From Alphaproteobacteria bacterium (GTDB taxonomy: Bacteria > Pseudomonadota > Alphaproteobacteria > Rhizobiales > Xanthobacteraceae): a DNA stretch of 32,184 bases. How positions within the stretch are numbered: the first letter of the stretch is position 1; each line of letters begins with the position of its first letter. The stretch lies in assembly GCA_005884745.1 (NCBI GenBank), contig VAZU01000049.1:1-32184 (forward strand), in the 5' to 3' direction. The notes beneath the pieces were generated by a model that had not been told where the DNA came from, ran no database searches, and saw only the letters and a program-made list of their open reading frames with translations. Shown piece after piece: positions 16,592 through 30,044 of this stretch. The position numbers and the translations under genes were made by a program.

Positions 16592-19431
16592 ATGAACGCG
16601 ATCCTGGTCAAGATTTTCGCCACTGCCCTTGCGCTCAGCCAGGTGACCACCCAGCCGGGGGCCGTCAGGACGCAGTTCGACCCGGTGCGGGACCGAGAGG
16701 AAGTGGTGCAGATCCTGCGGGCGGGCTGCGCGCATATCCGCAAGGCCTTCGACATCGAGGACGTCAACGTCGATGAGCTCATCGCGACCGCGATGGACGA
16801 TCCTCAGGCCTTGAGCGGGGGCATCAAGGCCCTGCACGGACTGAAGTTCGAGGACCTGTTCACGGCCTATCGGCAGTTTTGCAAGAACGAGACCGTGGAG
16901 CATTCCTCGGTCGACATCGGCGAGGTGATCGCGTTTTACGACAAGGCGGCGTCCGATCTTCCCGACGAGACCAAGCTCAAGGGCATGAGATCGCGCGGGA
17001 TGAGCGTGGTGCTCGATCGCATGGGCAGCCGTTTCGCCGATCTGGCCGCCCCCGATCAGCGGCGCGTCCCCGTGGCGCTGGGCGATGTTCCCGAGCTTGT
17101 GCAGAAAGCCTTCGTCTCGGCGGAGGACAAGCGTTTCTTCCAGCACCACGGCATCGACGAGCGCGGAAGACCAAGAATCTGCTGGTGGGAGACGACGTTA
17201 CCTACGAGCGCAAGATCCGGGAGATCCTCGTTGCATCCCGGCTCGAGCGCGTGCTCGGCAAGCCCGAGATCCTCATGCTGTATCTCAATTCGATCTATCT
17301 CGGTCGCGGGTCGTGGGGCATCGAGATGGCGGCGCGGAGCTATTTCGGCAAGCCCGCCAGCGAGCTCAGCTTGGCCGAGGGCGCGCTCCTGGCCGGCCTG
17401 ACCAAGGGCCCGAATTATTTCAGCCCCGACCGGCATCCGGACCGGGCGCGGGAGCGCGTGGCCTACGTACTCAACCGGATGCAGGAAGACGGCGTGATCG
17501 GCGCCGAACAAGTGCGGCAGGCGATGGCGAACACGCCGCAACTGGTCGCCTACGAGCGCGTCCGCCGCGATACCGGGTTCTACTTCGTCGATCACCTCGG
17601 CCGTGAAGCCAAGACCGCGGCCGGCATCGATATCCTCGCGGGTGCCTCGTACACGATTCATTCGACGCTTCATGCCGGCCTGCAGCGCGCGACCGAAGCT
17701 GCGCTCCAAGAGGGCCTGGCGGCCTATGAGCGCCAGGCCGGGCGCGTGCGCTTCAGCGGACCCGAGGCGAATTTGGCCGATGCGGTGCGGCGCATCGAGG
17801 CCGAGCGCAATTCGGCCCCTGCCGATGGGCGGGATTCGCCGCAGCCGCTTCAGCCGCAGATGCCGGCCTGGCAGCAGGCACTGCAGTCGGCGCATCTGCC
17901 GCTCTACGACGTGCACTGGCCCGCGGCTGTCGTGGTCGCGATGCCAGGCGGCAAGAATGCCGGCATTCGCGTCGGCTTGGCCGACGGGCGCGTTCTGCCC
18001 CTCGCAAGCCCGAATGCCGCGGTCCGGCGGGCGCTGAAGCTCCATGACGTGATCTTTGTCCAGATCATCGAAGCCAAGGGAAAATCCGCGGAGCGGGCCG
18101 AGCTGCGGGTGCCGCCCGCGGTGCAGGGCGCCGCGCTGGTGCTGGAGAACAAGACCGGCCGCATCCTCGCCATGGCCGGCGGCTTCTCCTACCCGCTGAG
18201 CCAGCTCAACCGCACCACCCAGATGCGGCGGCAGCCGGGCTCCGCGCTCAAGCCGATCACCTATCTGGCTGCGCTCGGGGCCGGCTTGCAGCCCAACACG
18301 CTGGTGCTCGACGAGCCGATCACGTTTGCGCCGATCGGCAATGCAGCCTTTGCGCGGGAACGTGATTATTGGTCGCCGAGGAACTACGACCGCGGCGGCT
18401 CCGGCGTGGTCACGCTGCGCCGGGCGCTCGAGAACTCGAAGAACCGGGTGACCGCCCGGCTGCTCGACGGCGGCATCAAGAGCAGCCCGGAGGAAAGCTT
18501 GGAGCGGGTCTGTGAGATCGCCCTGGAAGCCCAGCTCTACGGCGAATGCGTGCGTTATTATCCCTTTGTTCTGGGCGCGCAGCCGGTGCGGATGGTCGAT
18601 CTCGCCGCGTTTTACGCGGCAATTGCCAACGAGGGCGCGCGCCCGTCCCCGCACGCCATCGATTCGATCGAGCAGAACGGCCTGGTCATCTATCGCCACG
18701 AGACGAAGCCGACAGGGATCGGATCCGCCGATCCTGCCGCGTTCTATCAGTTGAAGACCATGCTGCAGGGCGTCGTCGAACGCGGCACCGCGCGTCCGAT
18801 CCGGCATCTCGCGCCCTATGTGGGCGGCAAGACCGGTACTTCGGAGAACGAGAATGACGCCTGGTTCGTCGGCTTTTCGAACGAGGTCACGATTGCGGTG
18901 TGGGTAGGCTATGACAATGCCGGCGACAAGCGGCGCACCCTCGGCAGCGGCGCGACCGGCGCCAAGGTGGCGGTCCCGATCTTCGCATCGATCGTGCAAG
19001 CGGCGTGGTCGGAGTATGCGCCGCGCACCTTGTTGAGCCCGCCGTCGCCTCAGGCCCGGACCCAGCTCGTCGACCTGCCGGTCGACCTGACCACTGGCGA
19101 CCGGCTCGCCTACGGCGGCGCAAGAGCTTTCGTCGAGCATTTCCGTCTCGATCGCCAAGGGCAGCTCGAGGATACCCAATACCGTCTGGTTTCGCGCGGC
19201 GAGATCTACGCCTATCGCGACGGCGACACCTTCGGCGAAGGCGAGCGGCCGCCAGGCTGGACCTATGACGACAGCGGCGTGCCGCCGCCGTCGCCCTGGC
19301 GAATGCCGCCGCGACCGCGGCTGTCGCCCTGGGGCGGAATCTTCGGCGATCCCTACGGATGGTGGAACGACGGCAGGCCGCGCCCGCGCCGCGTCGATCC
19401 GGATTATCTCTGGGGCAACCGCGGCTTCTGA
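16592..19431 (+). pseudogene. class A (PBP1A-family) penicillin-binding protein with an N-terminal extension; the GT51 domain is interrupted by an out-of-frame deletion at about 17165
   Basis: Frame A runs 16592..17401 and reads ...FVSAEDKRFFQHHGIDERG, then nonsense. Frame B runs to 19431 and resumes at KTKNLLVGDDVTYERKIREILVASRLE...ILMLYLNSIYLG. The GGSTITQQ motif expected between these is absent. The transpeptidase motifs SALKP, SKN and KTGT are intact. Confidence 0.75.
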
Positions 19432-20432
19432 CGGGAGGGCGTGGATGGGGAGATCTCGCGCGCTCGCGCCGCTCGTTGCGCTCGCGGTTTGCGTCTCGGG
19501 ATCGACGGCCCGCGGCGAGGAATTCCGGATCGCGGAAGTCCGCTCGCTCGGCGCCGCGGGTGCGGGGCCGCTCCAGCCGCACACGATCGCATTCACCGAT
19601 CACCACGACGAGCCGCTGGCCGATCCCGCCACCGGGCTCATCCGGTTCGAAGACTGGGCGCGGGCAATGCCCGTCCAGAAACAATCCTTGAGTCTCTACC
19701 CGAGCTTCGTCGAGCCGATGGTCGATCTCACCGAGAACGGCGTCACCAAGCCGTACAAGGAAAAGCTGCACATGTATGTGGCCGAGGCTCGCTTCATGTT
19801 GTCGAAGCCCGCGCCCTCGATCGACCTCGCCCATTACGTCACGACCGCGTTCCTCGAGCGAATGGATCCGAAGGTCAAGCATCGGGTAATCGCGGCTGCC
19901 GATATCGATGCGGCCGCGAACCGCAATCCGGACCGGGAGTGGTGTGAGGCCAAGCCTCACGTGCTGTGCATCGAGTCGCACTACGAGCTCGAGGGCAAGC
20001 TGCCCGCCGGTATTCGCGTCGCCAATCAGCTCGTGGAGAAAAAGAAGAAAATCGACGACTTCCTGCGGTTCCAAAGCGAGCTGCGCCTGCTCTCGCCCGC
20101 GGAGCTCGATCAGCCGGGGCTGGGAAAGCTCACCGGCATCGACGCGCCGATCTTGGGCGCGATCGAACAGAATATCTTTTACGTCAATCAGGTCATGCAG
20201 TTCGCCAAGTTTCTGGCCGTGCTGCAACCGGATGCGACGGACGGCGGCAAGACCATCGTCAGCGCGTTCATCGCGCTCGCGATCAAGACCAGGGTGATCG
20301 AGAACAAGAACAAGTATGCCAACGTGCCGGTACTGCGCAATCTGGTTCCGGGCCAGGTCCTGGTCGGCAAGAGCTCGTTCAACACCGGCAATTCGCTCAG
20401 CGGCGGACTGCCGAGCTACGCCCGCAACGAGA

Positions 20433-23344
<2,912 letters not shown>

Positions 23345-23345
<1 letters not shown>

Positions 23346-25114
23346 CACGCGAGGCTCCAGAACACCGTCCATGGCGGCAGCTCCGGCGGCGCCGCTCCGC
23401 CCCAGATGGCGCGGCCGTAAGCGGCTTGCGGCGGGCGGTTGCGCGGCTGCTCGCCGACATTGGCCACGAGCACGAGCCGGCTGCCGTCGTCGAGCCGCCA
23501 GTGGGCCGAAATCACCCCGTCGCGCCAGTCGGCATGCGCGTCGTTGCGCCCGAGAGCTTGCAAACGCGGCGTAACGTCTCCGCGGCGCAATGCGAGCAGT
23601 TTTCGGACGAGCGCCAGCCGCTCCTTGTGCGGCGAGCGATCGAGCGCGCTCCAGTCGAGCACGGCGGAGCGAAACGTCTCTTCCGCCATCGGATCCGGCA
23701 GCGCCAGCTCGGTGAGATCCGAATAGGCCGCCGCGAACTCCGCCTTGCGGCCGCGTCGCACCGCGTCGGCAAGCTCGCCGGCGAAATCGCAGAAGAACGG
23801 AAATGGCTGCACCGCGCCCCATTCCTCTCCCATGAACAGCATCGGCGGCATCGGCGCGAGCAGCATGATTTGCAGCGCTGCGTCGATCGCCGGCGCGGAT
23901 GCGAGCACGACGAGACGCTCGCCGAGCGGCCGATTTCCGATCTGGTCATGGTTTTGCAGAAAGCTGATGAAGGCGGCGGGCGGCAGCTCGGCGCTCGGCT
24001 CGCCGCGGCGAGCCCCGTTGCGATGCGCCGAGGGCTCGCCCTGATAGGCAAATCCGGACGACAGAATCCGGGCGAGCTGCTCTCCCGGCGCATGCCGGTA
24101 GTCGCGATAATATCCGGTTTGCTCGCCCGTCAGCAGCACGTGCCAGGCATGGTGATAATCGTCGTTCCACTGTGCGCGAAACTTGCCTTGCGGCGGATCG
24201 GCGAGCGGATCGAGCAGGCTCGCGCGATTGTCGTCGTTCTCGAGCATCAGATGAATGCTGCGGCCGGTCTGCGCCGCGAACGCGCCGACCGCCCGGCTCA
24301 GCTCGGCGAGGAGCGGCGGCTCGCCCGGCTCGACGATGGCGTGAACCGCGTCGAGCCGCAGTCCGTCGAAGCGGTAATCGCGCAACCACGCCAGCGCATT
24401 CTCGACGGCGAAGCGCCGCACCTGCGGCACGTTGTAATCGATGGCCTTGCCCCAGGGCGTGCCGTGCGCCGTCGTGAAGAACGCCGGGGCATAATGACCG
24501 AGGTAATTTCCCTCCGGCCCGAAGTGATTGTAGACGACGTCGAGAAACACCATCAGGGCGCGCTGGTGTGCCGCATCGATGAGCGCTCGCAGATCTTCGG
24601 GGCGGCCGTAGGCGCTGTCGGGTGCGAACGGCAGCACGCCGTCGTAGCCCCAGTTCCACCGTCCGGCGAAATCCGCGACCGGCATCAGCTCGATCGCGGT
24701 TAGCCCGGTGTCGACGAGGTGATCGAGCTTGTCGATTGCCGCGCGGAAAGTGCCGGCCGGCGTGAAAGCTCCGACGTGGAGCTCGAGGATCGCCGCTTCC
24801 GGCCACGGACGCCCGCGCCATTGCGGCGCGCGCCAGGCATAATGCGGGTCGACCACTTCGCTCGGCCCGTGGACATCTTCCGGCTGAAAGCGCGAAGCCG
24901 GATCGGGCACGATGAGATCGCCATCGATACGGAAGCGATAGCGGGTGCCCGGCCCGGCGTCCGGCATGGTCGCCTCGAACCAGCCCTGCGCTTGCGCCCG
25001 CATGGCATGGAGATCGTCGAGCACGAGCTCGACGCGCTTCGCGGCGGGAGCCCACAGCCGGAACGTCACGCCGCCTTCCGGGTTCAGCCGCGGTCCGAAA
25101 CCTGCCGCGGTCAT
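23345..25114 (-). CDS. treZ: malto-oligosyltrehalose trehalohydrolase TreZ
   Basis: Start at ATG 25114 gives MTAAGFGPRLNPEGGVTFRLWAPAAKRVELV... GH13 motifs are DVVYNHFGPEGNY, GLRLDAVHAI and ENDDN. The ATG overlaps the glgX stop (ATGA). Confidence 0.92.
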
Positions 25115-27189
25115 TCCGCTCCCTCGAACACCAGGACCGAGCGCGGCGGCGCTTCGCAGTGCGCTCCGACCCGATAGTCGGCGCCTGCGGGCTTTTTGGA
25201 CACGGGCACGGTGGCGAGAGCGCACAGCCAACGGGAGCACCGCGGCCACGCCGGCAGGATGAAGTCGATCGGCTGCTCCGCCGCGTTCAGCACGATGAAC
25301 ACCGGCGTGCCGTGCTCGCCGGGCGGGCCGAGCACGTAGGAAAGGTAGCGCGCCTCCGGAAACACCCAGTCGCGGTCCGTCATCTGGGTCGCGCGCGGGG
25401 TGAGCCAGAGCACGTCGAGGGAGCCATCCTGGCGGCGACCGACCAACCAGTGCCGCGGCCGGAGCTGCGCGAATTTCCGGCGCAGGGCCGCCAGGCTGGC
25501 GATGAGCTCGCTAAGATCCTCGCCCGGGCGGCCGAGCCCGGACCAATCGACCCAGCCGATCTCGTTGTCCTGGCAGAACGCGTTGTTGTTGCCGTTCTGG
25601 CTGTTGCCGACCTCGTCGCCGGCGAGCAGCAGCGGCACCCCCTGCGCCAGGAACAGCGAGGCGAGCAGATTGCGGCGCAGCGTGCGGCGCAGCTCAAGCA
25701 CCTTGGCATCGTCGGTCGGTCCTTCCACCCCGCAATTGGTGCTCCAATTCTCGTCGGAGCCGTCGTGATTTTCCTGGCCGTTGTCGTCGTTGTGCTTGTT
25801 CGAATAGCTGACCAGATCGGCCAGCGTGAACCCGTCGTGCACCGTCACGTGATTGATGCTGGCGCGCGGCGCGCGGCCGCGGCGGCGAAACAGGTCGGAG
25901 GAGCCGGTCATCCGCGTGCTGAGATCCCCGATCAGGTCTCCCTCGCCGCGCCAGCAGCGGCGCAGCGTGCGCCGGAACACGTCGTTCCATTCCGACCATT
26001 CCGGCGGGAAATTTCCGACCTGATATCCGCCGGAGCCGAGGTCCCAAGGCTCGGCGATCAGCTTGACTTTTGCCAGCACCGGATCCTGGCGAACGGCGCC
26101 AAAGAACGCGCTACGCGCGTCGAACCCGTTCGGACCGCGCCCCAGCGTGGTGGCAAGATCGAAACGGAATCCATCGACGTGACACACCTCGACCCAGTAC
26201 CGCAGCGAGTCCATCACCATCTGCAGGACGCGCGGGTGCTGCAAATTGAGTGCATTCCCGACGCCGGTGAAGTTCTCGTAGTAGCGGGGCTTGTCGGCGG
26301 CCAGCCAGTAATACGAAAGATTGTCGATACCGCGGAACGACAGCGTCGGACCCAGGTGATTGCCTTCGGCGGTGTGGTTGTAGACGACGTCGAGGATGAT
26401 TTCGATTCCGGCGTCGTGCAGCCGCGCCACGGTCGAGCGGAACTCGTCGAGCGCATGGTCGACGGCGTAGCGCGGCTCGGGCGCGAAAAATCCCAGCGTG
26501 TTGTAGCCCCAATAGTTCCGTAACCCGCGCTCGACCAGCAGCCGGTCGTCGACGAAGGCTTGGATCGGCAGCAGCTCGAGCGCGGTCACGCCGAGCCGTC
26601 TGAGGTGGTCGATCACGGACGGCGCGGCGAGCCCGTAGAAGAACCCGCGCCACCCGGGCGGCACGTCGTCGCGCAATTGCGTGAGCCCCTTGACGTGGGC
26701 CTCGTAGAGGATGGTGTCCTCCCATGCGATCCGCGGGCCGGCTCCGGCCCTCCAGGTGAAGGCTTCGTCGACCACCACGGATTTCGGCATGCCGCGGGCG
26801 TTGTCGCGACGGTCGTAGGAAAGGTCGGCGCGCGCGCTGGCCGTACGATAGCCGAAATGCACGTCGCTCCAAACCAGGCGCCCCGACAGGCGCTTGGCGT
26901 AAGGATCGACCAGGAGCTTGTTCGGATTGAACCTGTGTCCGCGCTCGGGCTCGTAAGGCCCGTACACGCGGTAGCCGTAGAGCTGCCCCGGAACCACATC
27001 GTCTACGTACCCGTGCCAGACGTCCTCGGTGCGCTCGGGTAAGGCGAAGCGCTCGAGCTCGCGCCGGCCCTGCCGATCGAACAGGCACAGCTCGACCTTC
27101 TCCGCATGCTCCGAGAACAGCGCGAAATTCGTGCCGCGTCCGTCCCATGTGGCTCCCAAGGGATGCGGGGTTCCGGCCTCCACCCGCAT
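25111..27189 (-). CDS. glgX: glycogen debranching enzyme GlgX
   Basis: 692-aa ORF MRVEAGTPHPLGATWDGRGTNFALFSEHAEKVELCLFD... Motifs DVVYNHTAEG, VDGFRFDLA and AEPWD are present. GGAGGG lies 5 nt upstream. Confidence 0.95.
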   Translation of the reverse strand: MRVEAGTPHPLGATWDGRGTNFALFSEHAEKVELCLFDRQGRRELERFALPERTEDVWHGYVDDVVPGQLYGYRVYGPYEPERGHRFNPNKLLVDPYAKRLSGRLVWSDVHFGYRTASARADLSYDRRDNARGMPKSVVVDEAFTWRAGAGPRIAWEDTILYEAHVKGLTQLRDDVPPGWRGFFYGLAAPSVIDHLRRLGVTALELLPIQAFVDDRLLVERGLRNYWGYNTLGFFAPEPRYAVDHALDEFRSTVARLHDAGIEIILDVVYNHTAEGNHLGPTLSFRGIDNLSYYWLAADKPRYYENFTGVGNALNLQHPRVLQMVMDSLRYWVEVCHVDGFRFDLATTLGRGPNGFDARSAFFGAVRQDPVLAKVKLIAEPWDLGSGGYQVGNFPPEWSEWNDVFRRTLRRCWRGEGDLIGDLSTRMTGSSDLFRRRGRAPRASINHVTVHDGFTLADLVSYSNKHNDDNGQENHDGSDENWSTNCGVEGPTDDAKVLELRRTLRRNLLASLFLAQGVPLLLAGDEVGNSQNGNNNAFCQDNEIGWVDWSGLGRPGEDLSELIASLAALRRKFAQLRPRHWLVGRRQDGSLDVLWLTPRATQMTDRDWVFPEARYLSYVLGPPGEHGTPVFIVLNAAEQPIDFILPAWPRCSRWLCALATVPVSKKPAGADYRVGAHCEAPPRSVLVFEGAE

Positions 27190-27310
27190 GCTAGCCCTCC
27201 GGGATTGAACGCACGTCGCGGATTTCTTTATGAGCGTCCAACGGGTTAGCCTGCTTTGCGGGGGACAGTTCGGGACTTATTTCGCGACTCTGCGCGCCGA
27301 TTGCGTTCCC

Positions 27311-27336
27311 AACGTCCATCCTCGGCCACCTGTTCC
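27311..27336 (-). promoter_or_regulatory. EcfG-type (general stress response) promoter, exact GGAAC-N17-CGTT, upstream of glgX-treZ-treY
   Basis: Plus strand reads AACG(27311-27314)-N17-GTTCC(27332-27336), which is GGAAC-N17-CGTT on the minus strand; 121 nt upstream of the glgX ATG 27189. Confidence 0.65.
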
Positions 27337-27433
27337 AAGGCTTCGGCAATGTATGACAAGGTGCAGAATCGAGAACCCTGCTGATTCGTCATGGCGGTGG
27401 GTCGGTGCGGGCTTCTCGCGGAAGAGTCAACCC

Positions 27434-27613
27434 ATGACCGATATTGAAGTGGTGGCAATTTCAACGGACGGACGACGACTGACGGTGAAGGCTGACGGTT
27501 CCTATGCCGTGTTGGTCCGCAAGTCGCCAAGAGACAAGTCGTTCGTCGGCAAGATTGCCGGCAAGAAGGTGTCGGTTGCGGTCACGGCCGCCAAGGGTAT
27601 GCGGGGCGGGTGA
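27434..27613 (+). CDS. hypothetical small protein (59 aa)
   Basis: Translation MTDIEVVAISTDGRRLTVKADGSYAVLVRKSPRDKSFVGKIAGKKVSVAVTAAKGMRGG has a balanced, beta-strand-like composition. Third-position GC is 42/59, higher than the antisense ORF over the same bases. No obvious SD. Confidence 0.35.
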   Translation: MTDIEVVAISTDGRRLTVKADGSYAVLVRKSPRDKSFVGKIAGKKVSVAVTAAKGMRGG

Positions 27614-27760
27614 CGCGGTCTCGTTGTCTCTATCGGCGCTGCCATTGCTCGCTCTGTGGTCAAAAATGTCAAGAAGGATTACCTCGGAGAACAGAATGAT
27701 GAGAGCGAGCCCCACCCAGAGCCCTACCATCGAGGCGACCTGAGTGAACACGAGACACAT
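27461..27760 (-). CDS. hypothetical protein with an N-terminal transmembrane helix (99 aa); its 3' half is antisense to ORF 27434..27613, so at most one is fully real
   Basis: The N-terminus MCLVFTQVASMVGLWVGLALIILFSEVILLDIF is a clean hydrophobic helix. The C-terminal half is R/S/G-rich and looks like an antisense translation. Confidence 0.2.
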   Translation of the reverse strand: MCLVFTQVASMVGLWVGLALIILFSEVILLDIFDHRASNGSADRDNETASPAPHTLGGRDRNRHLLAGNLADERLVSWRLADQHGIGTVSLHRQSSSVR

Positions 27761-27775
27761 CTTGCCCCGAGAACC

Positions 27776-27922
27776 TTAGCAGCCGCGACATATACTCTTC
27801 AGCTTTTTGTCGAGCGCCTCGTCGAGTTCCTTTTGCTTCTTTTCGGCGGCCGTCTCCTGATCTGGCAAAGACTGTTCAGGGGATTTATTTGGTCGGAGTG
27901 GTGCGGGTGAAATGACCGGCAT
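27776..27922 (-). CDS. hypothetical small protein (48 aa) with a C-terminal CxxC, starting immediately after the native glgB stop
   Basis: Not in the ORF track. Translation [48 protein letters not shown]. Its ATG (27922) directly follows the glgB TAG (TAGATG). Third-position GC is only 28/48. Confidence 0.4.
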   Translation of the reverse strand: MPVISPAPLRPNKSPEQSLPDQETAAEKKQKELDEALDKKLKSICRGC

Positions 27923-30044
27923 CTAGCCCTCCGGAACGAGGAACAATCCGGCCAGCGGCGGAACGGTGAGACTCAATTCCGGACCCGAACCTTTGGCTTT
28001 TGTCGCGATCGATCCGGCGTTCCCCACGTTGCTGCCGCCGTAGATCGCCGCGTCGCTGTTGAGGATTTCGCGCCAGCGGCCGCTCCTCCGGCGTGAAACT
28101 CACGACGACGACGCACGGCGCGCGGCCGTCGCGCGCCTTGCGCTGCCAGGCAAACACGCTGCGGTCGGTATCGTCGGCGACGATCCATTCGAATCCTGCC
28201 GCCTCGCAATCGAGCTCGTGCAGCGCGGGAACCGAGCGGTACAGCCGGTTGAGATCGCGCACCAGCGCCTGGATGCCGGCATGGCGCGGCTGGGAAAGCA
28301 GGTGCCAGTCGAGGCTGCGCTCGTGACTCCATTCCTGCTCCTGGGCGAACTCGCCGCCCATGAACAGCAGCTTCTTGCCGGGGTGCCCGTACAGGAACGT
28401 GTAATAGGCGCGCAGGTTGGCGAATCGCTGCCACTCGTCGCCCGGCATCCTGCCGAGGATCGAGCGCTTGCCGTGCACGACTTCGTCGTGGGAGAGCGGC
28501 AGGACGAAGTTCTCGAAGAAGGCGTAATGCAGGCCGAACACCACGTCGCCGTGGTGGTGCCTGCGATGGATCGGATCCTTGCTGACGTAATTGAGCGTGT
28601 CGTGCATCCATCCCATGTTCCATTTGTACCCGAAGCCGAGCCCGCCCCAGTCGACCGGGCGCGACACCATGGGCCATGCGGTGGATTCTTCGGCGATGGT
28701 GGTCGCGCGCGGATGTTGCAGGAACACTTCGGTATTGAACTTCCGCATGAAATCGATGGCTTCGAGGTTCTCGCGGCCGCCGAAGCGGTTCGGGATCCAG
28801 CCGCCGGGCGGGCGGCTGTAATCGAGGTACAGCATGGAGGCGACCGCATCGACGCGGAGCGCATCGATGCGGTATCGCTCGAGCCAGAACAGGGCGTTCG
28901 CCAGCAGGAAATTCGCGACTTCGACGCGCCCGAAATTGTAGACGAGCGTGTTCCAATCGAGATGACGCCCCTGCATCGGATCGGCGTGCTCGTAGAGCGC
29001 GGTGCCGTCGAACTGCGCCAGCCCGTGCGGATCGTCGGGGAAATGCCCCGGCACCCAGTCCAGCACCACGGCGAGCCCGGCGTCGTGGCACGCATCGACG
29101 AGATGCAGGAAATCGTCGGGGCTGCCGTAGCGGCTCGTCGGTGCGTAGAGGCCGGTCGGCTGATAGCCCCAGGATCCGTCGAACGGATGCTCCATCACCG
29201 GCAGGAACTCGACGTGGGTGAAGCCGAGGTCGCGCGCGTAGGCCGGCAATTCCTCCGCGAGCTCGCGGTAACTCAGCCAGCGATTGCCCTGCTCGGGGCG
29301 GCGTCGCCAGGAACCGAGGTGGACCTCGTAGATGGAGATTGGAGCACTCAGCGCATTGACGCCGGTCGGGAAGGGATGCGGCTCGAGCCGCTCCACGTCG
29401 AATACGACCGAGGCGGTCGCCGGACGCGGCTCGGCCGCGAACGCGAACGGATCGGCTTTGCGCGGCAGCAGCGAGCCGGTCGGCCCGAGGATTTCGAACT
29501 TGTACTTGTCTCCGACCCGCGCGCCGGGAACGAAGATTTCCCAGAACCCGTTGCCGCGCACGCGCATGGCGTGCCGCCGCCCGTCACAAAAGTTGAAATC
29601 GCCGATGACGCTGACGCGCCGCGCGTTCGGCGCGAACACCGCGAATCCGATGCCATCGACGCCTTCGAGCGAGAGCGGGTGAGCACCGAGCTTCTCGTAG
29701 GCACGCAGATGCTTGCCCTCGCCGAGCAGATGCAGATCGAAATCGGAAAGGATCGGGGGAAACCGGTAGGCGTCCTCGAATTCGACGGGATGCTCCCCGA
29801 ACAGCGCGCGCAGGCGATACGGCCGGTCCACCGCCTCGACCCGTCCGGCGAACAGTCCGGCCGGATGAATGCGCGCCAGCGGATGCTCCTCGCCGCCGCT
29901 CTCGAGCACCGACACCTGCCGTGCGTCCGGGAGATAGGCCCGCACGATCGGCACGCCGTCGTCGAGATGCGGACCGAGATAGACGAACGGATCGGCGTGA
30001 CGGCCCTCGATCAGCGCGATGGCCTCTGCGGAGAACTGGCTCAT
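27923..30044 (-). pseudogene. glgB: 1,4-alpha-glucan branching enzyme GlgB with an out-of-frame deletion about 55 codons before the native stop
   Basis: Start at ATG 30044 gives [26 protein letters not shown], in an ATGA overlap with the treS stop. GH13 motifs are [29 protein letters not shown] and [10 protein letters not shown]. The main frame reads ...[23 protein letters not shown]... to 27885. The canonical tail [51 protein letters not shown] is in another frame and ends at 27923. Distance from start to native stop is 3n+1. Confidence 0.8.

Noticed and set aside
27246-27530. 94-aa minus-strand ORF (and its internal 48-aa version starting at 27392) upstream of glgX.
   Set aside because: The exact GSR promoter at 27336..27311 would start transcription inside it. 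The translation is R/S/P-rich and no SD is present.
27656-27910. 84-aa plus-strand ORF (GTG start) in the low-GC islet.
   Set aside because: It is antisense to both minus-strand mini-ORFs and has no SD. Its hydrophobic tail is the complement of the charged helix of the 48-aa ORF. It cannot be excluded, but it is the least supported of the overlapping options.
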